DNA of 38,746 nt from a virus (Duplodnaviria > Heunggongvirae > Uroviricota > Caudoviricetes), in the IMG/VR virus record IMGVR_UViG_2740892229_000013, one strand, 5' to 3'. The position numbers and the translations under genes were made by a program. This document shows positions 22,488 to 32,900 of the stretch, piece by piece. The first letter of the stretch is position 1, and every line of letters begins with the position of its first letter. The notes under the pieces were generated by a model that was not told the DNA's origin, searched no databases, and saw nothing but the letters and a program-made list of their open reading frames with translations.

Positions 22488-22837
22488 TTTCCCGCGATGA
22501 ATCCGGGACAAGGACCGTCTCAATAGATCTCGGATTCTATTTCAGTCGTGTAGTTGCTCACTACGCCGTGTCGCCATTAGAGCTACTGAACGTTCCTCTC
22601 ACGATGTTCTGGATGCTCAGTCGCAATATAGACCGTCTGCGTGCGGAAGAGGATGTCCGCAACTTACAAGTCGCTCGTGCGTCCCAGGCGGATGGCGAGG
22701 CTGTGAAGGCGTTCATGGAGGGTTTGCAACTCAGGATTGGAAGACCAGTCGTAACAGATAAAGTCTACGATCCAAGCCAGGATAAGGCAGACCCTGACGC
22801 CAAAGAGCAACTGATGCAAATATTTGGCAGAGGATGA
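22451..22837 (+). CDS. gpT-like extension reached by -1 frameshift from the gpG-like frame
   Basis: By hand translation the -1 frame is open from 22451 through 22837. Slippery candidates are GAAAAAG (22458-22464) and CAAAG-TAA (22480-22487). No RBS precedes the track start at 22568. Confidence 0.6.
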   Translation, partial: RKRKSGWRRGKVISRDESGTRTVSIDLGFYFSRVVAHYAVSPLELLNVPLTMFWMLSRNIDRLRAEEDVRNLQVARASQADGEAVKAFMEGLQLRIGRPVVTDKVYDPSQDKADPDAKEQLMQIFGRG

Positions 22838-25800
22838 CAAGGGAATGTCACAAAACGTAGAGTTTATCCTGTCGCTGGAAGACAAACAGTTTACAGCGTC
22901 AATCGATCGTGCGGGGAAACTGCTTACTCGATTTGGTGAGCAGGTAACAAAGCCTGCTCAAAAAATCCAAACCTTTGAACGCTCTTTGGGTTCGGTCGCC
23001 CGTATCATTGGCGTTCTGGAAAGCAAGCTCGATTCTACGGCAGATAAACTACAGGATGTAGCTGCCGGTTTTGAGCTTGCTTCAGATGCTACGCGTAAAA
23101 TGCGTGGCAACATCACCAGCCTCAATTCTGGTCTTAAAGCCCTGATTGAGCGCGTCGATACGACAACTTCTTCAGTAGATAAACTCACCGCGTCATTGCG
23201 TAAAGTGCAATCAGAGCTAAATGATTTCTCTGATTGGGCGACCTATGCAAGCAAAAGCGCAAGCCGCTTTGGTACGGAGGTCAAAGAAGCCTCTGTGTCC
23301 GTGAGTGGCATGAATACGCGCCTTAATACCACGACGAAGCGACTCAGTAATTGGGGTGTCACAACGAGTCAGGCTGCCGAGGGACTGAAAAAGGTTCGTG
23401 AGCAGATGGACGAAGTTATCGGACGTCAGCAACTGATTAGCAAGCCGGTACGCGTTCGTACATCTGGAAGTGGCGATGGTGGTAGCGGGCGGCGTAGCGG
23501 CGCTTCTGGCCATAGCGGTAAAAGTAACGAAGGAGGTATGTTCTCTGGCCTTCGTGGCAACATTTTCCTGCTTGGCGAGATCGGAGATGCAGCCAGAACG
23601 GTTACTGACATCATGTTTGGGTGGCAGAAGCCTATTGTTGAAGCTGCGGCCGAAATGGAACGTATGCGGGTGATGCTTCGAGGGTTGAATAAGGAGAAGT
23701 CCAACCCGGGCCAGGCTGCCGCTGATGATATGAAGTACATCGTAGACATGGCTCAAAATGCGCCGTTCGCGATGCAGGCGTTAACAGACTCCTTCGTGAA
23801 GTTTCGTTCTGCTGGCTTAGATCCAACCGATGGTTCTCTGAAGGCGCTGGTGGACTCCGTTGCTCGTTTTGGTGGTGATAGTGAGCTGTTGAAACGTGCG
23901 GCTGTGGCCGTTCAGCAGATGTCCGGTAAGGGCGTTGTGTCAATGGAAGAGCTACGTCAGCAATTAGGTGAAGCCGTTCCTAACGCGATGCAGGCAATGG
24001 CAGACGCCGCAGGCATCACTATGGGGGAACTGACTAAAGCCGTTGCCAGCGGTACGGTTGAGGCAAAACAGGCGTTGTCTCTGATGTTTGTTGGTCTGCG
24101 TGCGGAGAATGAGAACGCAGCGAAAGACATGATGCAAACCTACACAGGTGCGCTGGCGCAACTTCAGACGTCATTCACGTTATTTGCTGATCGGGTTGGT
24201 CAGGCCGGATATCTGGATTCTCTATCGAAGGGGATGAAAGAACTGGCTTCAATCATGAATAGCGCCGAAGGGATTTCGTTTGCCAATTCTTTAGGTTCGG
24301 GGTTAACAACGGCAATCGATGGGTTGCGTCAGCTTGCTCAATGGTTAGCAAAGAACCAAGAGCTGGTAATTAATCTCGGTAAGGTCGTGGCCGCGATGGT
24401 TGCGTTCAAACTGATGCGAGCAGGGATCATGGGGGTAGTTGGCGCAGGCAGCCAGATGGTTAGCACCTTTGCCACGATGGCGACAGCCATACAGACTCCA
24501 TTTAACCTCGGCGCTACAGCAGTAACCCGATTCAATCGTGCGGCACGTATGGGGCTGGCTCCGATCCCCTCTCTTATTTTCGCCATCCGTGGGGCGATTA
24601 CGGGGCTTAAAGGCGCTTTTGCTGGATTAACGGCGTTCATTGCAGCAAACCCTATAGGGGCAGCATTTACAGTTGCCACTGTAGCTGTTGCTGGCCTAAT
24701 CACGTACATGACCATGCTCCGCAGCGAAACTTCAAAGGTCGTTGACGAGATTAGGAAAATACCAGAGGCGATGACAGCGGCCAAACGAGCACAGATGGCC
24801 GATCGCGCAGAAAAGCTCGAAAAGCAGATTCTCGCTGATCAACGAGCATTAAAAAATGGTGAGGGCGTTAATTACGTATCTAACTCTGCCGGTGTTATTA
24901 CTCACAAAGAGTCGAAGGCTGACATCGAAGCACGCCTGAAAAAAAATCAGGAAGAGTATCAAAAGATAACCGGCACGATAGCTCTTGGTGACGGCGCTGT
25001 AGCAAAGCGTTTGGCTAAAGAGGCTGCCGAATCTCAGATTGAGAAAATTCGAGCGGAAAACCAGATTTTCGCGGCAACATTCGTGAAAGCCCGGCAGGAG
25101 GCTCTGGATAAGATCCAGAAAATCAATGATGACGGTTCACTTTCAGATGACGAAAAGAACAAGCTATTGGCACCGTTACGTGAAACGGTAAACAAAAGCT
25201 ATCTGGAGCCTGCGCAAAAACTGGTTGATTCACTTTCTTCTCGTAAGAATGCGACCGAGAAGCAAATCGCGACTCTTAATGATCAGCTTGAAAAAGCCAA
25301 AAAGGATGGAAATACCGAGCAGATCCAGAAACTGCAAGGCAGTATTCGTGGTTATCAGGAGCATTTGGAAGCCGTTGCTCAGGAGCTGACTCAGGCAGAG
25401 TTCGAGAGAGATAACGCGGCCAAAACTGGTAAGGGCGTAATGTCAAACCAGGGGACTGTTCTTGGGTTAGGTACAACTGATAAAGCTGCTCAGAAGGCGC
25501 TGGCGCAATATATGCGAAACCAGATGGATTCTGCGACTTATCAACGTACTTTGCCTGACGGCACTCCGATGATGGACTTCGAAGGTAAGCCGATTATTGG
25601 GCCTAAACAACTCAAGACGCAGCTTAATTTGCAGAAAGCATCCAGCGCCAGCTCTCTGGAGAAAATGAGCGATGAAGAGCGTGCCGCAGCCATTGCTGCA
25701 CTGACTAAAGCTCGTGAACAGGATGCAGCAGCTGCCGAGAAAGCAGCCCAACGATCAGCTAACGCCTCGCAGCGTGCGGCCAAGAAGGAACAGGCAGCGC

Positions 25801-27398
25801 AACAGAAACTGGCAGCCGGATACCAGAAGGCTCTGGACAAAGCCGATCAGCTTATGGGGCAAATGGGTGAAAGCTCTAAGGCTACGGTATCGTTTGATCA
25901 GTCTCTTCGCGATACAACGAAATCGCTGACAGATTTGGCTAATGCGGTTCCTAACGAGTTCATCACTCAAGAGATGATCGACAAGGCGAAAAAACGTCTT
26001 GAAGACCTCAAAAATGCGACACCTGAATATCGCGAGATGTTTAATCGCCGCAATGTTGAGCAGATGATCTCCACTTGGGCACCGGAGGCGGATTCCATTA
26101 TTAGTGCTGGCTATACGCCGTCTCGCGAAGATAAAGTTGCTGATTTCGAAGACACCTACAACCGCAATCTCAAAGCGTTGATAGAACTTCGTGATAAGGC
26201 GTCTGATCCTAAAGTTGTGGCGCTTTATACAAAGAAAATCAATCAACTGATTGCTGCTGGCAATACCGCGCTTATTAAAGAGACGGGGACTGCGACGCAG
26301 AAGTTGGCACTGGAATACGAAAACTTGGCAGAGCAGATCGAAAGCACCTGGACTGATTTGTTTAGTGGCTTAACTGATGTCCTGACTGATTTCGTTATTA
26401 ACGGGAAGATGAGCTTCTCCAGCCTATCTCAGTCCATTTTGAAAGATATCACCAATATGGTCGTGAAGTCGCAAATCACGCTGCCTCTAATGAACATGTT
26501 GGGGATGGGAACCACCGCAGCTGGTAGTTCACAGAGTGGCAATTTGCTCACTGGAGTTGCTTCTGCCGTTGCCAATCAAGGTGTACGAATGGGCAACACT
26601 GTTAATGGCGACAAGTCGGTAGGAGAAGCCACGAAGGAGACGTCCAGTTCGGTAACTGGATTGGGGCAAACAACACAGCAGACCACCAGCGCAATTGGCA
26701 CAGCAACAAATGCGATTGGTAGCTGGGTATCGGGGCTATTTGATAGCACCGAAGCCAAAGATGCCGAGACAAAAGCCGTGAAGGACTCCATCTTCTCGAT
26801 GCAGAACCTCAGCTCTGTTACCGGCGCGCTGTCTGCCGCGTTTGCAATGCTTGGAGCTAATGCTTCCGGCTCTGGTAATAAGTGGTTGAGTTTTGGAGCA
26901 ACGGTTGCATCTGGTCTTGTTTCAGCTTGGGCTGGCGGTGGTTTCGACAGCTTGACATCAAGCTCTGCTAAAACCGCAACCAGCAGTGTGGCTGACGGAA
27001 CTAAAGGCATTCCTGCAATCCCGAAGTTTGCAAATGGAGGAATATTCGGAAAAGACGGCGTGATCCCGCTCCGGGCATACCAGAAAGGCGGTATTGCTAA
27101 CTCGCCTCAATTAGCGTTGTTTGGGGAAGGTTCTATGAATGAGGCGTATGTTCCATTGCCTGATGGCCGAACAATCCCTGTAACGCTCAGTACCGATGGT
27201 ATGAGTGGAGGCGGAAATGTTCTTTCTCCTGTATCAATTGAGATCAACGTCCATAGTGACGGTAGCACAACTGAATCCGGCGATACAGAAAGCATATGGA
27301 ACAATGCCGCTCAACGGATGAAAGCAATCGCGCTTGAGACTATCGCTCAAGAGAAACGCCCTGGCGGATCACTCAACCCAAACACTCAACGTAACTAA
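22824..27398 (+). CDS. Tail tape measure protein (1524 aa; alternative start 22845)
   Basis: Size, position, long helical regions, a hydrophobic central segment, and a lambda gpH-like C-terminal motif ALFGEGSMNEAYVPLPDGR. Confidence 0.95.
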   Translation: MAEDDKGMSQNVEFILSLEDKQFTASIDRAGKLLTRFGEQVTKPAQKIQTFERSLGSVARIIGVLESKLDSTADKLQDVAAGFELASDATRKMRGNITSLNSGLKALIERVDTTTSSVDKLTASLRKVQSELNDFSDWATYASKSASRFGTEVKEASVSVSGMNTRLNTTTKRLSNWGVTTSQAAEGLKKVREQMDEVIGRQQLISKPVRVRTSGSGDGGSGRRSGASGHSGKSNEGGMFSGLRGNIFLLGEIGDAARTVTDIMFGWQKPIVEAAAEMERMRVMLRGLNKEKSNPGQAAADDMKYIVDMAQNAPFAMQALTDSFVKFRSAGLDPTDGSLKALVDSVARFGGDSELLKRAAVAVQQMSGKGVVSMEELRQQLGEAVPNAMQAMADAAGITMGELTKAVASGTVEAKQALSLMFVGLRAENENAAKDMMQTYTGALAQLQTSFTLFADRVGQAGYLDSLSKGMKELASIMNSAEGISFANSLGSGLTTAIDGLRQLAQWLAKNQELVINLGKVVAAMVAFKLMRAGIMGVVGAGSQMVSTFATMATAIQTPFNLGATAVTRFNRAARMGLAPIPSLIFAIRGAITGLKGAFAGLTAFIAANPIGAAFTVATVAVAGLITYMTMLRSETSKVVDEIRKIPEAMTAAKRAQMADRAEKLEKQILADQRALKNGEGVNYVSNSAGVITHKESKADIEARLKKNQEEYQKITGTIALGDGAVAKRLAKEAAESQIEKIRAENQIFAATFVKARQEALDKIQKINDDGSLSDDEKNKLLAPLRETVNKSYLEPAQKLVDSLSSRKNATEKQIATLNDQLEKAKKDGNTEQIQKLQGSIRGYQEHLEAVAQELTQAEFERDNAAKTGKGVMSNQGTVLGLGTTDKAAQKALAQYMRNQMDSATYQRTLPDGTPMMDFEGKPIIGPKQLKTQLNLQKASSASSLEKMSDEERAAAIAALTKAREQDAAAAEKAAQRSANASQRAAKKEQAAQQKLAAGYQKALDKADQLMGQMGESSKATVSFDQSLRDTTKSLTDLANAVPNEFITQEMIDKAKKRLEDLKNATPEYREMFNRRNVEQMISTWAPEADSIISAGYTPSREDKVADFEDTYNRNLKALIELRDKASDPKVVALYTKKINQLIAAGNTALIKETGTATQKLALEYENLAEQIESTWTDLFSGLTDVLTDFVINGKMSFSSLSQSILKDITNMVVKSQITLPLMNMLGMGTTAAGSSQSGNLLTGVASAVANQGVRMGNTVNGDKSVGEATKETSSSVTGLGQTTQQTTSAIGTATNAIGSWVSGLFDSTEAKDAETKAVKDSIFSMQNLSSVTGALSAAFAMLGANASGSGNKWLSFGATVASGLVSAWAGGGFDSLTSSSAKTATSSVADGTKGIPAIPKFANGGIFGKDGVIPLRAYQKGGIANSPQLALFGEGSMNEAYVPLPDGRTIPVTLSTDGMSGGGNVLSPVSIEINVHSDGSTTESGDTESIWNNAAQRMKAIALETIAQEKRPGGSLNPNTQRN

Positions 27399-27404
27399 CT
27401 ATCG

Positions 27405-27424
27405 ACTGCCCCGACCGGGGCAGT
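27405..27424 (+). other. Stable 9-bp hairpin without U-tract
   Basis: ACTGCCCCG (27405-27413) / CGGGGCAGT (27416-27424). Confidence 0.6.
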
Positions 27425-27440
27425 CTCACAAGGATGTGAG

Positions 27441-27776
27441 ATGGAAAGACAAACGTTTAATTGGTATCCAGATTACGAATCTGAAAAAAGCGTAAAACCG
27501 AATGTAACTGTACTTAATTTTGGTGATGACTACGAGCAGCGACAGGCTCAAGGTCTTAATCGTATTAAAGAAGAATGGTCGTTAACCTTTACCAGATCAT
27601 ACAACGAAATTAATGCAATCGATGACTTCCTGACTGAGCGATCAGGCGTTGAATCGTTCTATTGGGTTAATCCAAGAGGCAAGCAGATTGTAGTTGTATG
27701 TGACAGTCATACGGTCAAGCGATATCAGGGGTACTGTGTCTTAACTGCTACATTCAGACAAGTATTTGAGGCTTAA
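27441..27776 (+). CDS. Minor tail protein, lambda gpM-like (111 aa)
   Basis: Recalled similarity to lambda M (FGDDYEQR, SFYWVNP motifs). First gene after the tape measure. Confidence 0.9.
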   Translation: MERQTFNWYPDYESEKSVKPNVTVLNFGDDYEQRQAQGLNRIKEEWSLTFTRSYNEINAIDDFLTERSGVESFYWVNPRGKQIVVVCDSHTVKRYQGYCVLTATFRQVFEA

Positions 27777-27783
27777 GTATCTG

Positions 27784-27808
27784 GATAAGTAAGTACTAAT
27801 TTACTATC
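27784..27808. promoter_or_regulatory. Imperfect palindrome GATAAGTAAGTACTAATTTACTATC (GTAAGTA family)
   Basis: Arms GATAAGTAA / TTACTATC with one indel. Intergenic between the M-like and L-like genes. Confidence 0.4.
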
Positions 27809-27858
27809 ATTGTGGCGCTGACAGGATGTTAGCGCTTACTTATTTTAAGGATGAAACA

Positions 27859-28557
27859 ATGGGAATTAAAGCTGATATTCAGAGCTTATCTCCCTCTGCA
27901 CTCATTGAGTTGTTCGTATTGGATATGTCGAACACAACTTCAGGGGGGAAGCTATTCTTCCACGCCGGAACAAACGAACTGATGCAACCGGTCGTCTGGC
28001 AAGGAGTGACATACGAGCCGTGGCCAATCAAAGCATCAGGCTTTGACAAAACTGGCCAGGGAACGTTGCCACGTCCAAAAATTCAGGTATCGAACTTTGC
28101 CGGAACCGTCTCTGCGGAAGTTCAGGCGAACGACGATCTTGTTGGCTGCCGCATTATTCGCAAGATGACGCTGGCTCGCTTCCTCGATGCCGTTAATTTT
28201 AAAGACGGCAACCCAACAGCAGATCCAAACCAACATTTCCCGGATGAAATGTGGTTTATCGAACAGAAAACTCTCGAAACTCATCAGGTTGTCGAGTTTG
28301 AATTGTCCAGTGTGTTCGATTTGATGGGGGTGCAACTGCCGTATCGTCAGATCATTAAAAACACCTGCCCGTGGAAATACCGAGGGCCAGAATGCGGCTA
28401 TACCGGTCCATATTTCGACAAAAATAACCAGCAGACGTCTATGTCTGGTGCTGATTACTGCACAAAACGTTATGACGCCTGTAATGCGCGTCGGAATTAT
28501 TTTGCCGACGGTGTGATCCATTTTGGCGGATTTATTGGAGCTACGCGGTATGGGTAA
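27859..28557 (+). CDS. Minor tail protein, lambda gpL-like (232 aa)
   Basis: Track ORF 27826 trimmed to ATG 27859 (AAGGA RBS). Cys cluster CPWKYRGPECGY...C...C as in lambda L. Confidence 0.9.
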   Translation: MGIKADIQSLSPSALIELFVLDMSNTTSGGKLFFHAGTNELMQPVVWQGVTYEPWPIKASGFDKTGQGTLPRPKIQVSNFAGTVSAEVQANDDLVGCRIIRKMTLARFLDAVNFKDGNPTADPNQHFPDEMWFIEQKTLETHQVVEFELSSVFDLMGVQLPYRQIIKNTCPWKYRGPECGYTGPYFDKNNQQTSMSGADYCTKRYDACNARRNYFADGVIHFGGFIGATRYG

Positions 28558-29347
28558 TAAAGCAATCCCTGAGCTTGGCTCTGACGTTATGCAGCAAATC
28601 TATCTCTGCGCCATAAATCGCTACCCTAATGAAGCGTGTGGCTTTCTGGTTAGAACTAATGGCGACAAATATCGCTTTATGGAAGCGCGGAATGTTTCGG
28701 AGAACCCGCAGAACACTTTTGTAATGCACGTTGACGACATTATGGCGGCAGAGGATGCGGGTGATGTTATCGCAATCTGGCATTCACATACTGATGAATC
28801 AGCAGAAGCATCTGATGCCGATCGTGCAGGCTGCGAAGCGACGGAAGTTCCGTGGATGATTCTGGCTATTCGCAAGAATGTTGAGGGAGATGCCCCTTTC
28901 CATTTTAGCGAGATGAATGTGATCACTCCTGATGGTTTCGAAATGCCATACCTGGGCAGACCGTATGTATTTGGCGTATTTGATTGCTGGATGTTGTGTC
29001 GGGACTATTTGAAGCGTGAGTTTAACGTCGAACTAAACCCGAACGCACACCTGCATATTCCATCGTGGTACACCGGCGATAACGACATTCTCGATCAGAA
29101 CTACCGAAACGAAGGATTGGTACGGCTTGCGCCCGGAACAGAACCTCAACGTGGGGACGTCTTCTTTATCCAATACGGGAAAATGCCTGACCACTGCGCG
29201 GTTTATATCGGCGATGGAATGATTCTTCATCACCAGATCGACCGCCTAAGTTGTCGTGCTTATTACGGCGGAATGTATCAGAAACATACGACGCATCACT
29301 TGCGTCACAGAGACTTGCTCAAGGGAGATGAGACGTGTCTGAGTTAG
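28550..29347 (+). CDS. Tail tip protein, lambda gpK-like (MPN/JAMM + NlpC/P60; 265 aa)
   Basis: Track ORF 28523 trimmed to ATG 28550 (GGAG RBS). JAMM motif HSHTDESAEASDAD. C-terminal Cys...His pattern typical of NlpC/P60. Confidence 0.9.
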   Translation: MGNKAIPELGSDVMQQIYLCAINRYPNEACGFLVRTNGDKYRFMEARNVSENPQNTFVMHVDDIMAAEDAGDVIAIWHSHTDESAEASDADRAGCEATEVPWMILAIRKNVEGDAPFHFSEMNVITPDGFEMPYLGRPYVFGVFDCWMLCRDYLKREFNVELNPNAHLHIPSWYTGDNDILDQNYRNEGLVRLAPGTEPQRGDVFFIQYGKMPDHCAVYIGDGMILHHQIDRLSCRAYYGGMYQKHTTHHLRHRDLLKGDETCLS

Positions 29348-29925
29348 TTCATGTGCAGCTTGGCGGCCCTATGGCCAAACATTTTGGCCGCCACTGGCAT
29401 CTAAAGGTGCGTAATACAAAACAGGCTCTGGATTTAATTGAGGCCAACAAGCCTGGGTTTAAAGCATGGATGAAGCGCAATATCAAAACCTATGACAGAT
29501 ACCACATCCAGATCACCAATAAACAGGGCCACAAGTGGTCTGTGGACGAGAGTGAATATCAGATGATGGGGCAGTCTGACAATATTGCAAAAATCCGCAT
29601 TACCCCTGTTCCGCGAGGAAGTGGTGGATCTGCTTTTGGATGGTTTCAGACGGTTGTTGGAGCAGTATTAATGGTTGCCTCGATATGGGTGCCCGCTCTT
29701 GCGCCTCTCGGTTTGTCACTGATGATGGGCGGTATAGCGCAAATCATATCTCCGCAAGCCACTAACGAAAGTGTGAGGCAGGCGGATAACTCGAACTCTT
29801 ATTACTTTGATGGACCTCAAAACACAACAAACCAGGGGAACCCTGTACAGCTTATCTATGGCGAGGAAATTTTAGTTGGCTCACAGGTCGTGAGTTCTTC
29901 TATCACCATCGACCAGCTTATGTAA
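29335..29925 (+). CDS. Tail assembly protein, lambda gpI-like (196 aa, GTG start)
   Basis: Position between the K-like and J-like genes. Central hydrophobic segment and conserved C-terminal NPVQLIYGE. Confidence 0.85.
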   Translation: MSELVHVQLGGPMAKHFGRHWHLKVRNTKQALDLIEANKPGFKAWMKRNIKTYDRYHIQITNKQGHKWSVDESEYQMMGQSDNIAKIRITPVPRGSGGSAFGWFQTVVGAVLMVASIWVPALAPLGLSLMMGGIAQIISPQATNESVRQADNSNSYYFDGPQNTTNQGNPVQLIYGEEILVGSQVVSSSITIDQLM

Positions 29926-29942
29926 TCAAGGATTTTTTGGAC

Positions 29943-32900
29943 ATGGAACAGTTCAAGAAGAAAAAATTACCGCTTCTTATTGCCGGTGCTGGTGGCAAGA
30001 AAAGTAAAAGCTCCAGCCGTACCCCGGTTGAAGCTGATGATACTGTCAATTCTCGTGCTATGGCAGCCATCCTCGACCTTCTTGGCGAGGGGGTTATCGG
30101 TGGCCTGGTAAATGGCGCAAAGTCGATCTTCATCGACGATTTACCGATCTTGAATGAAGATGGCTCTTCCAACTTCAGCGGTATTACATGGGATTTTCGT
30201 GACGGCTCACAAGATCAGACGCCAATGGCTGGTTTTGATTTTGTCGAAACGCCTAAGTCCGTAAATATTCAGCTTAAAAAAACACACGACGTTACGGTTT
30301 CAATCGATAACGATGAAGCTGATCGCGTTCGTGTCATCATGAAATTCCCCTCTTTACGTAGCGTTGATAAAAGCTCTGGCGATACAAATGGCACTACGGT
30401 GAAGTACAAATTCCAGATCGCCAACGCAGACGCAACATTTTCTGATGTAGTGGCAGAAGGTGAGAAAAGCGTTGATATCACGCTAACGGCAAAGAAAACC
30501 GGCGTGTATTACCGTAGCTATGAGCTGAAACTGCCTAAGCCTGGTCGTGCATACAAGGTTAGGGTGATTCGTCTTACAGATGATAATAGTAGCCAGTACC
30601 TCTACAACGACACATGGGTTGATTCCATCGGTGAGATTGTCGACACGCCAATGAACTACCCTAACTCTGCTCTTGTTGGCTTGAAGGTCAATTCAGAGCA
30701 GTTTGGTAGCACAATGCCTTCCCGTTCGTATTTGGTGCGCGGTATCAAAATCCGAGTACCGTCAAACTACAACGAATACACCAATACTTATGTCGGCGTA
30801 TGGGACGGTACTTTTAAGCTGTTGTCTTCTTCAAACCCTGCGTGGATTCTCTACGATTTGCTTACCAATACTCGGTATGGTCTTGGGCAATTTGTGTCGG
30901 AATCCATGATTGACCTCGGCCAGCTCTACCAGATTGGTCGATATTGTGACGAAGAGGTCGATGATGGCTTTGGGGGTAAAGAGAAACGCTTTGCAATCAA
31001 TACGCAGATCACCAGTCGACAAGACGCATACCGATTAATTCAGGATATTGCCGGTGCATTCCGCGGCATGGTGTTTTGGGCTGGTGGCATGGTTAACATC
31101 ATGCAGGATAGCCCATCAGATCCGGTAATGATGTTTACCAACTCCAACGTCAAAGATGGACTGTTTACCTATAAAGGTTCTGCGCGTAAAGATCGCCCAT
31201 CCGTTGCGCTCGTAACCTACAACAACAAGGAGGACGGTTATAAGCAAAACATCGAGTACGTTGAAGATCAGGACGCAATGCGCCGTTATGGTGAGCTTAA
31301 AACAGAAGTCGTAGCATTTGGGTGTACAAGCCGAGGCCAGGCTCACCGAGTAGGTTTGTGGCTTTTGTATACCGCCAGAATGGAGTCGGATGTAATTACA
31401 TTTACTGCCGGCTTAGACGCCTCATTTCTGATGCCTGGTGAAACCGTTCTGATTCAGAACAAATATCGTGCAGGTAAACGTAACTCCGGTCGAATTGTGG
31501 AGTTTGCCAAAAACAGCATCACTCTCGATGCGCCTGTGTCGTTAGCTAAAAGCGGCAGCTTTATTCGGATATTGAATCAGGAAGGCAAAATCGTTGAACG
31601 CGATGTTCTTGAAACTGGCGAAAACATAACAAAGGTTACGTTTTCAAAAGCCCTGTCGTCAGCGGAAACGCCTGTTTTGAACGGTGTCTGGACAATTACA
31701 GAACCAGATCTCGAACCTATGCGCGTTCGCATCGTTAACATCGCGCAGGGGGAAACGCCGGGTAGCTTTGACATCACCGCTGTTGAGAACAATCCGTCTA
31801 AATATGAGGCAATCGACAATGGTGCAACGCTGATCCCGCAGAATACGACGGTATTGGACCCGACTTACTCCAAGCCATCTAATTTGCAAATCACTGAAGG
31901 GACTTATCTCTCAAGCCCGGGCAACCTGTCAGTAAAACTGACTGCAACATGGGAAGGGAAATCTCCAGAGTATTGGATCAGTTGGCGACGTTCTGATGAA
32001 AACAATGTATCGAACTGGCAATCGGCGCGTGTAACCGAAGAGCAATACGAAATCGTTAATGTCGCGGAGAATGGACGCTACGACTTCCAACTGTATGCGG
32101 TTTCATTCAACGGTAAAAAAACAGAGATTATCAGTACCGTTTATCAGGTGTTGGGCACAATGACACCGCCGGATGCCCCAACGTCATTAACGGCCGTTGG
32201 AGACTATCGTAATGTGATACTGAATTGGGTTAATCCAGATTCGGTAGACCTTGATCACATTAATGTTTACGCATCCCAGACCAACAATCTGGATACGGCG
32301 AAACTGATCGCAGAGTCTGCAAGCACCACCTTTACACATGCTGGTCTTGGGGATAGCGAAACGTGGTATTACTGGGTTCGAGCATCGAACAAGCGAGGTA
32401 TGTTAAGCCCTCCGAACTCAAACTTGGGTACAGAGGCGACAACTCGCGATGTACTGTCGTTCCTGGCTGGCAAAATTACATCTTCCGAGCTTGGTCAGGC
32501 TCTGCTTGAGGACATCAACAGCAAAGCCTCTCAAGAAGCAGTTGACGAGTTAAATGAGCATATCAACCAGAGCGTCGAATCTTTGGAGGGGGCGGTAAAC
32601 GACGTTAAGGAAGATATAGCTGAATTAGATAAGCAGTTCAGCGATAACCTCGCGGATTTTGAAATAAAATTCAACGAGCGTAGCGATGCTTTGGAGAACG
32701 CACAAACCGAGCTTAAAGGTGAGGTTTCGGCAACGATCGACAAGGTCAATGAAGCGTTTGAAAAAATTGATGCTACTGATGCTGCAATTGTTGAAATCGA
32801 AAACACCGTATCTGAACACGATAAAGCTCTCGCTAATACAGTCGAGGCAATAAAGGCTGCAAGAGATGAAGCGGCGGCTCTTATTGCTAAGGAAAGCGAG

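Noticed and set aside
22958-27304. Antisense and off-frame ORFs inside the tape-measure gene (e.g. 23217..23756 -, 24338..24784 -, 26576..27010 -)
   Set aside because: They lie wholly within a 4.6-kb uninterrupted ORF that has tape-measure hallmarks. They have no RBS and low-complexity products.
1072-28549. N-terminal extensions in track ORFs (1072, 2485, 4850, 6702, 9025, 9690, 20004, 20787, 21332, 27826, 28523, 29937)
   Set aside because: In each case an internal ATG/GTG with a proper Shine-Dalgarno sequence gives a gene that no longer overlaps the upstream gene, a terminator or a regulatory palindrome. The features list uses the trimmed coordinates.
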